From: Cupriavidus necator
GTDB lineage: Bacteria > Pseudomonadota > Gammaproteobacteria > Burkholderiales > Burkholderiaceae
NCBI RefSeq assembly: GCF_016127575.1
Contig: NZ_CP066019.1
Span: 1,500,001 to 1,532,000, forward strand
Length of the DNA: 32,000 bases
Reading direction: 5' to 3'
Every line of letters starts with the position of its first letter. Positions within the stretch are counted from its first letter, which is position 1. Position numbers and translations under genes: made by a program. The notes under the pieces were generated by a model. The model was not told the DNA's origin, searched no databases, and saw only the letters and a list, made by a program, of their open reading frames with translations. Shown here one piece after another: positions 26,627-32,000 of this stretch.

Positions 26627-26636
26627 TCAGAGACCG

Positions 26637-26669
26637 GGCGCGTTGGTGCAGCAAGTTGCCCAACGCGCC
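26637..26669 (+). terminator. Hairpin after the catalase gene
   Basis: ggcgcgttgg-N13-ccaacgcgcc forms a perfect 10-bp stem 10 bp after the stop codon. No clear U-tract follows. Confidence 0.4.
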
Positions 26670-26719
26670 GTGAAAGGAGGGGCGGAGTTCGTACGCTAAT
26701 GCGCATCGGGAGGAAGGCC

Positions 26720-27079
26720 TGGACGACCGCTGTAGCCTGGAAGCCGCCATCTGCCCATCCGATCATCGGAAGGCAGAGATGGGTCGGTCAGAGACGGTCA
26801 CGCTTTGGCGGCGGGCATCCGATCAAGCAGGCGGTGATGGCCGGCATGGGCATCAGCCTGTTGTCGCTGCACACGCTGTCGCTGGAACTGCACACCGGCG
26901 AGATCGCGCTGCTGGACGTGACCGGCACGCCGATCGAGCGCATCTGGCATGTCGCGCATATGTCCAGCAAGCGTTTGTCACCGGCCAGCGAGAGCTGCCG
27001 CGCCTATCTGCTGGAGCACACGGCGGAGTTTTTGGGGAAGGAATATGGCGGGCTGATGCCTGGGCGGCGCGTGGCTTGA
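26720..27079 (+). pseudogene. LysR-family (CbbR-like) regulator fragment: C-terminal half only, frameshifted
   Basis: IKQAVMAGMGISLLSLHTLSLELHTGEIALLDVTGTPIERIWHVAHMSSKRLSPASESCRAYLLEHTAEFL is a LysR effector-domain C-terminus. The preceding EMGRSETV motif lies in another frame. No HTH is present upstream. Confidence 0.6.
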
Positions 27080-27098
27080 GGTACCGGGAGGGTTCGCC

Positions 27099-27941
27099 TC
27101 AGTGCGACATGAAGACAGGCAAGCCTGACTGCCGCAGCAGGGCGCGGGTGGTGCCGCCCAGCACCAGCTCCCTCAACCGGGAGCGGCCATAGCCGCCGGC
27201 GACCAGCAGGCCGGCCTGAACCTTGGCCGCAAGCTGTGGCAGAACGTGGTCGGGATCGCCCTCTCCGACCAGCAGACTGGCGCGGATGCCATGGCTGAGC
27301 AGCCATGCTGTCAGCCGATCGGCGCTGTCACGATAGGCCTCTTTCTCACCAGCAGCGCTGTACTTGCCAGCGCTGACCACCAGGACGGTAACGGCGCTGG
27401 CATGCACAAGCCACGGCAGTGCGTCCGCGACCGCGCGCGCGGCCTCCCGGCCGCCGTTCCATGCGATGGCGACATGGCCGCCAAGTCGCGGGCCGGACCC
27501 GCCCGGCACCAGCAGGATGGGCCGGCCTGCATTGAGCATTGCGTACTCCGCGACCCCGGCCAGCAAAGCCGGCACATCGGCCTGTGCCGAGGGCGCTGAG
27601 GGCAGGATGAGATCGGCGAAGCGGCCCTCGTCGGCAAGCGCCCAGCCAGACTCGGCTTCGACAACGATGTGCCGGGTGGGAATGGCCGGCGACACTTGCC
27701 CGGTCAGCGTTTCGAGTGCGTTCCTGTGAGCCGCAGCCAGCTTGTGCAAATGGTTCGCGGCAAGCACGCCGTATTGCCCGGCTTCTTCGCCCGCCCCGCG
27801 AAACGGCTCCAGGTGCGTTCCTGTTGCCGTCAGTCCGACCACGCTGCCGCCGGACTTTTCGGCAAGCCGTGCTGCCGTTTCAATGCGCGCGGACCGTGCA
27901 GCATCTTCGCTCAGGTCGACAAGGAAGGTTCTGAAGTCCAT
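27099..27941 (-). CDS. Universal stress protein, tandem USP domains
   Basis: MDFRTFLVDLSED... has N-terminal spacing homologous to its neighbour. The C-terminal motif is GLLVAGGYGRSRLRELVLGGTTRALLRQSGLPVFMSH. An alternative ATG at 27977 overlaps the upstream stop as ATGA. Confidence 0.85.
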   Translation of the reverse strand: MDFRTFLVDLSEDAARSARIETAARLAEKSGGSVVGLTATGTHLEPFRGAGEEAGQYGVLAANHLHKLAAAHRNALETLTGQVSPAIPTRHIVVEAESGWALADEGRFADLILPSAPSAQADVPALLAGVAEYAMLNAGRPILLVPGGSGPRLGGHVAIAWNGGREAARAVADALPWLVHASAVTVLVVSAGKYSAAGEKEAYRDSADRLTAWLLSHGIRASLLVGEGDPDHVLPQLAAKVQAGLLVAGGYGRSRLRELVLGGTTRALLRQSGLPVFMSH

Positions 27942-27973
27942 GACGTGATTCCACTCTTTGGTTTGACCTTGCA

Positions 27974-28810
27974 TCATCGTGAAAACAGCACCGGTGCCGT
28001 CATCGAGTCAAGCAGCGTACGCGTGACACCGCCGAGCACCAGTTCCCGCATGCGACCGTGTCCGTAGGCACCCATCACGATCAGGTCGGCATCGAAATCC
28101 GCCGCGCGCGAAAGGATGAGTTCGCCGATGGTCAGGTCAGCCCCACCGGGACCGTGTTCGATTTCCACGGCGACGCCGTGGCGCTCCAGCACGCGTGCGG
28201 CGTGGCCGACCGGGGTGGCGTCGGCTCTGGCCTCCTTGGCCGCGGTCTGTGCGCAAAAAATGCGCGCCTGCGCGCCGGCCATCAGCGGCACGGCGTCGTG
28301 AAGCGCCCGCGCCGCCTCGCGGCTGCCATTCCACGCCACGATCACGCGCGTACCCAGCGATGGAAACGTGCCCGCGCACGGCACCACGAGCGTCGGTCGG
28401 CCGGTCTCCAGCAGCAGCGATTCCAGCAGTTGCCGGGCCACCGGACCTTCCGTATTGCCGGGGTCGTACTGGCCGGCAACGACCAGGCCGGCCTCGCGGG
28501 CCTCGCGCAGCACTGATGCCACCGCCCCCTGCTCCGCGGCGCGCCACTCCGCGCGCACCGGCATGGCCTGGGTTGCAGCCAGAAACTGCGCGCGGACGTC
28601 TTCCCTGACCTGCTTGCGCCGGGCCAGATCGTCCGCGACATATTGCTGCGCGCCGTCCATGAGGTAGAACCAGGCAGGATCGGGAATGAAACCTGCGTAC
28701 ATGCCGATCAGCCGGCACTGGCTGGCCGCCGCAAGTCGCCCCGCCACTTCGAGCCGCTGCCGTGCCTGCGGACTGCTGTCCAGATGCACCAGGATGCTGT
28801 CGTAAGCCAT
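27974..28810 (-). CDS. Universal stress protein, tandem USP domains
   Basis: The ATG at 28810 has a GGGGGAGGG SD. The protein starts MAYDSILVHLDSSPQARQRLEVAGRLAA and ends in DLIVMGAYGHGRMRELVLGGVTRTLLDSMTAPVLFSR. Confidence 0.85.
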   Translation of the reverse strand: MAYDSILVHLDSSPQARQRLEVAGRLAAASQCRLIGMYAGFIPDPAWFYLMDGAQQYVADDLARRKQVREDVRAQFLAATQAMPVRAEWRAAEQGAVASVLREAREAGLVVAGQYDPGNTEGPVARQLLESLLLETGRPTLVVPCAGTFPSLGTRVIVAWNGSREAARALHDAVPLMAGAQARIFCAQTAAKEARADATPVGHAARVLERHGVAVEIEHGPGGADLTIGELILSRAADFDADLIVMGAYGHGRMRELVLGGVTRTLLDSMTAPVLFSR

Positions 28811-28864
28811 GATCGCCCTCCCCCTCAACTACAGACCAGTCTAGGCAGCAAGGCCGACCGGCGC

Positions 28865-28878
28865 TTGACCCGGATCAA
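28865..28878. promoter_or_regulatory. FNR/Anr-type box upstream of the minus-strand USP operon
   Basis: TTGACccggATCAA matches the consensus TTGAT-N4-ATCAA at 9/10 positions. Its centre is about 61 bp upstream of ATG 28810. A TAGACT -10-like hexamer at 28843-28838 lies about 31 bp from the box centre, which is class II geometry. Confidence 0.5.
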
Positions 28879-29020
28879 CGGGCCAGCCATGCGGCGACAT
28901 GGCTCAAGTTCGTCCTGATGTGCGGTGGAGGCTACTGCGAACAAGGTATGTAAAACCGTCAAGCCATGCGGCCATCACTTCTGTCTGCGGTCAGTTTCTC
29001 GCGGCGCCTGCCCCTTCGGG

Positions 29021-29034
29021 TTGACCTATCTCAA
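29021..29034. promoter_or_regulatory. FNR/Anr-type box upstream of the plus-strand USP-ADH-PRT operon
   Basis: TTGACctatCTCAA matches the consensus at 8/10 positions. Its centre is about 87 bp upstream of ATG 29115. A weak TACGCT hexamer lies about 31 bp downstream of the centre. Confidence 0.4.
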
Positions 29035-29114
29035 GCGCATATCGAGGCCGGCGCCTACGCTGAATGCAGCGAATCGCAACATCGAGCACACCCTTGCCCT
29101 TCAGGAGATCCATC

Positions 29115-29570
29115 ATGTACCAGCGCATCCTGCTCGCCGTCGATGGCAGCCGTTCTTCCGACCTGGCACTGAGCCAGGCCATCATCATCGCCAAGGCAAC
29201 CGGGGCCGAGGTCAAGGCGCTGTTCGTGGTAGACGACAGCGATGTGTTCTTCGAGGCCAGTTACTTCAATCCAAAAGAACTGGTCGACAACATCACCGCG
29301 CACGGCCGCAAGGCACTGGATGCCGCCTCAGCCAGGCTCAGCGAAGCAGGCGTGCGCAATTCGGTGAAACTGGATGAAAAGCCGGTGGCGCCGGGCCGGA
29401 TCTCGTTGACCATTGTCACCGAAGCCGATGCGTGGAATGCCGACCTGATCGTGCTTGGCACCCACGGCCGCCGCGGCGTCCGGCGCCTGCTGATGGGCAG
29501 CGTGTCGGAAGGCGTGCTTGCCAAGACCAGCAAGCCCGTGCTCCTGGTCCGCAGCGAAGTCGAAGGTTAG
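29115..29570 (+). CDS. Universal stress protein (single UspA domain)
   Basis: The ATG at 29115 has an AGGAGA SD. The protein reads MYQRILLAVDGSRSSDLAL...ADLIVLGTHGRRGVRRLLMGSVSEGVLAKTSKPVLLVR, containing the G-2x-G-9x-G(S/T) ATP motif. Confidence 0.9.
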   Translation: MYQRILLAVDGSRSSDLALSQAIIIAKATGAEVKALFVVDDSDVFFEASYFNPKELVDNITAHGRKALDAASARLSEAGVRNSVKLDEKPVAPGRISLTIVTEADAWNADLIVLGTHGRRGVRRLLMGSVSEGVLAKTSKPVLLVRSEVEG

Positions 29571-29577
29571 GCGCGCC

Positions 29578-30591
29578 ATGCCCCACCAAACCATGCGTGC
29601 AATGGTCTTCGAGGGCGCAGGCCTGCCGCTGCGCCTCCACCACTTGCCGGTTGCCGAACCGGGGCCCGGCGAACTTCGCATTGCCGTGGGAGCTTGCGGG
29701 GTGTGCCGGACCGACCTGCATATCGCCGACGGCGACCTGCGCCATCCCAAGCCGGTGCTCATCCCGGGACATGAAATCGTCGGACAGGTGGATTCGTGCG
29801 GCGCCGGTGTCACCGTCTTCAAGCCGGGGGACCGCGTCGGTGTGCCCTGGCTCGGACATAGCTGTGGCCATTGTCGCTACTGCCTGCGTCATCACGAGAA
29901 TCTTTGCGACGCACCGCTGTTCACTGGCTATACCCGCGATGGCGGCTATGCGGAGTACGTTGTTGCCGACAGCGGCTATTGCTTCCGGATTCCGCCCGGC
30001 TACGATGACGAACACGCCGCGCCACTACTCTGCGCGGGCCTGATCGGCTACCGGACGCTGCGCATGGCGGGCGCAGCCAGCCATGCGCAGCGCGTCGGCA
30101 TCTACGGCTTCGGCGCCGCCGCCCACCTGGTGACGCAGATCGCGGTGGCGCAAGGCCGCGAAGTCTACGCCTTCACCCGCACGGGCGACGCAGGCGCCCA
30201 GCAACTCGCCTACCAATCCGGTGCGTGCTGGGCCGGCTCGAGCGAGCTCGAGTCGCCCGTGCCGCTGGACGCCGCGCTGATTTTCGCCCCGGTGGGCGCG
30301 CTGGTGCCCAAGGCGCTGCGCGCCGTGGACAAGGGTGGCATCGTGGTCTGTGGCGGAATTCATATGAGCGATATCCCAAGCATGCCTTACCAGCTGCTTT
30401 GGGAAGAAAGGCGCCTGTGTTCCGTAGCCAACCTCACGCGTGCCGACGGCATCGCGCTGATGGATATCGCCGCCCGGACGCCGCTGCATACGCACACCAC
30501 CGCGTATCCGCTGGAGCAGGCCAACGAAGCACTGGCCGACCTGCGCGAGGGCCGGCTTACCGGCGCCGCCGTCCTGAAAGTCCGTCAATAG
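29578..30591 (+). CDS. Zinc-dependent alcohol dehydrogenase (MDR family)
   Basis: GACGVCRTDLHIADGDL...PGHEIVG holds the catalytic Zn ligands. GHSCGHCRYCLRHHENLC is the structural Zn Cys cluster. IYGFGAAAHL is the Rossmann motif. It starts 8 bp after the USP stop. Confidence 0.9.
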   Translation: MPHQTMRAMVFEGAGLPLRLHHLPVAEPGPGELRIAVGACGVCRTDLHIADGDLRHPKPVLIPGHEIVGQVDSCGAGVTVFKPGDRVGVPWLGHSCGHCRYCLRHHENLCDAPLFTGYTRDGGYAEYVVADSGYCFRIPPGYDDEHAAPLLCAGLIGYRTLRMAGAASHAQRVGIYGFGAAAHLVTQIAVAQGREVYAFTRTGDAGAQQLAYQSGACWAGSSELESPVPLDAALIFAPVGALVPKALRAVDKGGIVVCGGIHMSDIPSMPYQLLWEERRLCSVANLTRADGIALMDIAARTPLHTHTTAYPLEQANEALADLREGRLTGAAVLKVRQ

Positions 30592-30610
30592 ATCCCTGGC
30601 AGATAGATCG

Positions 30611-31933
30611 ATGAGCCGTTACCAGACACGTTTTCAGGCGCGTGAGCATGCGGGCTCGGAGCTCGCCTGGGCGTTGCGCGCGTATCGGGGAACCGATGCC
30701 CTGGTGCTGGCGATTCCGCGCGGCGGCGTGCCGGTCGGGCGTGTTGTGGCCGACGCACTGGGCGCTGACTTCGACCTGGTGATGGCGCGCAGGATCGTTC
30801 CTGGCGTAGCACTGGACGACTCTGGCGCGACATGGTGCACGGACGCAATGGACGCAAATGGCGGCGCCGACAGCCAGCGTGATGCCCAGTTCGACCAGCT
30901 TCGCAGGCAGCGCGCCGTGTATACGCCGGTCCGCAAGCTGGCGGATCCGGGCGGTCGCGTGGTGATCGTCGTGGATGACGGCCTGGTGAGCGGCGCAACG
31001 ATGTATGCGGCCCTCGCCAGCCTGCGCAAGCGGCAACCTGCCCGGCTCATATGCGCACTCCCGATCGCCACCCCAGCCGGGCTGGACCGGGTCCGCGCCC
31101 TGGCCGACGAAGTCATCTGCCTGGATACTCCGGACCGCATCGAAAACCTCGCGCACTTCTATCATGAGTTCCAGCTGGTCAGCGACGACCGCGTGCGACA
31201 GTTGACAGGGATACCGCCAACGCAGCCCCGGACCCGTGCCCGGCCAGGTGCGGTGGCGGGCGTGCCGTCGTTGAGCAAGGCGATGCTGATTCCGTATCAG
31301 ACCACTCGGCTGCGGGCCATGCTCGAAACGGCCCCGAACCCGGTCGGCGTCGCGGTGATGGTGTATGCCGGTGGCGCGCAACGCCGTGCAGCCCGCAGCA
31401 ATTACCTGGCACGCAAGCTGCGCGCGAAAGGATTCGCCACCATGCTCGTAGACCTGCAGCCTGACAGCCGCGTCGACGACGCACCGGAATCGGAGGTCGA
31501 TGAGCTGGTGGCAAGACTGGACCAGACCTTGAGCTTCCTGCGTACTGGGACCCCTTGCGCAAGCTTGCCTGTGGGCCTGCTAAGTACCGGCACCGCAGCG
31601 GCGGCAGCCTTGCGCTCAGCCGCGTGCGGCGCGACGCAACTCAGCGCCGTGGCCTGTGTTGCGGGGCGGCTGGATCTCGCGGGCAGCGCAACCCTGCGGC
31701 AGCTTGAAATCCCTGCCTTGCTGATATGTGCCAGCGGCAATCCGAAAGACATCCAGATCAACAATCTTGCATTCGAGCAGATGCATTGTCCGCGGCAACT
31801 GAGGCTCATCCCGACCAGCGGCCGCGGATTTGAAGACCGCAGGGCCCTGGAAGACATCGCGGCACTCACGATAGGCTGGTTCGAGCGGCACCTTGCGACC
31901 CCATCTTGTCCCCGCCTGGGTTACGGCGGATGA
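30611..31933 (+). CDS. Phosphoribosyltransferase domain fused to a dienelactone-hydrolase-like alpha/beta domain
   Basis: The N-terminal part has LVLAIPRGGVPVG and VVIVVDDGLVSGATMYAAL, the PRPP-binding loop. The C-terminal roughly 200 aa (VGVAVMVYAGGAQR...GFATMLVDL...LLICASGNPKD) is hydrolase-like. Length is 440 aa. Confidence 0.75.
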   Translation: MSRYQTRFQAREHAGSELAWALRAYRGTDALVLAIPRGGVPVGRVVADALGADFDLVMARRIVPGVALDDSGATWCTDAMDANGGADSQRDAQFDQLRRQRAVYTPVRKLADPGGRVVIVVDDGLVSGATMYAALASLRKRQPARLICALPIATPAGLDRVRALADEVICLDTPDRIENLAHFYHEFQLVSDDRVRQLTGIPPTQPRTRARPGAVAGVPSLSKAMLIPYQTTRLRAMLETAPNPVGVAVMVYAGGAQRRAARSNYLARKLRAKGFATMLVDLQPDSRVDDAPESEVDELVARLDQTLSFLRTGTPCASLPVGLLSTGTAAAAALRSAACGATQLSAVACVAGRLDLAGSATLRQLEIPALLICASGNPKDIQINNLAFEQMHCPRQLRLIPTSGRGFEDRRALEDIAALTIGWFERHLATPSCPRLGYGG

Positions 31934-32000
31934 CCATGCCTGGCGGTTACGCGGGGCTGCGCCTGATGCGTGCGGCTCAACCCCAAAGACCGCACAACAA

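Noticed and set aside
31937-32000. Possible start of a further plus-strand gene (ATGCCTGGCGGTTAC...) overlapping the PRT gene stop region
   Set aside because: Only 21 codons are visible before the window ends and there is no motif, so it cannot be supported.
1-32000. Search for CRISPR arrays, tRNA/rRNA genes, intact IS elements or integrases, toxin-antitoxin pairs, and defence-type helicase/nuclease/ATPase genes
   Set aside because: I saw no regularly spaced direct repeats, no cloverleaf-like or rRNA-like segments, and no ORFs with such motifs. The only mobile-element trace is the 22-residue IS3 tail. A novel defence-type system is therefore not supported by what I can read here.

Overview
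This is a high-GC region (about 65% by eye). Codon usage looks like a Cupriavidus/Burkholderia-type beta-proteobacterium, which is an inference. It reads as an accessory or catabolic stretch, not a core region. I support about 24 intact protein genes:
- regulators: MocR, two LysR, and a wHTH-TPR protein
- an aromatic, quinone and nitro-compound themed set: amidase, LinD-like GST, MetA-type outer-membrane channel, nitroreductase, maleylacetate-reductase-like Fe-ADH, a TDO-superfamily heme protein, a VOC ring-cleaving dioxygenase and WrbA
- a cNMP-binding TrxR-like flavoprotein
- a catalase
- two copies of an isochorismatase plus Tat-exported alpha/beta-hydrolase module
- a USP / Zn-ADH / PRT-hydrolase cluster whose divergent promoter carries two FNR/Anr-like boxes

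I found no rRNA, tRNA, CRISPR array, intact mobile element or recognisable phage-defence or toxin-antitoxin gene set.

The main structural signal is mosaicism. At least eight gene fragments sit exactly at gene junctions: GNAT 5' end, TetR 3' end, Fe-ADH 5' end, an SDR-5'/patatin-3' chimera, a truncated AhpD-like gene, a decayed ABC ATPase, an IS3 transposase tail and a CbbR-like LysR 3' half. There are also diverged segmental duplications.

The candidates most worth follow-up are:
1. An atypical TDO-like protein whose distal His is replaced, apparently operonic with the Fe-ADH.
2. An in-frame NmrA-SDR::LysR ORF with no intervening stop.
3. The duplicated exported perhydrolase-like/isochorismatase module next to the catalase.
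4. The FNR-box hypoxia-type cluster.

All family calls rest on hand motif recognition in the supplied translations. No database search was run.
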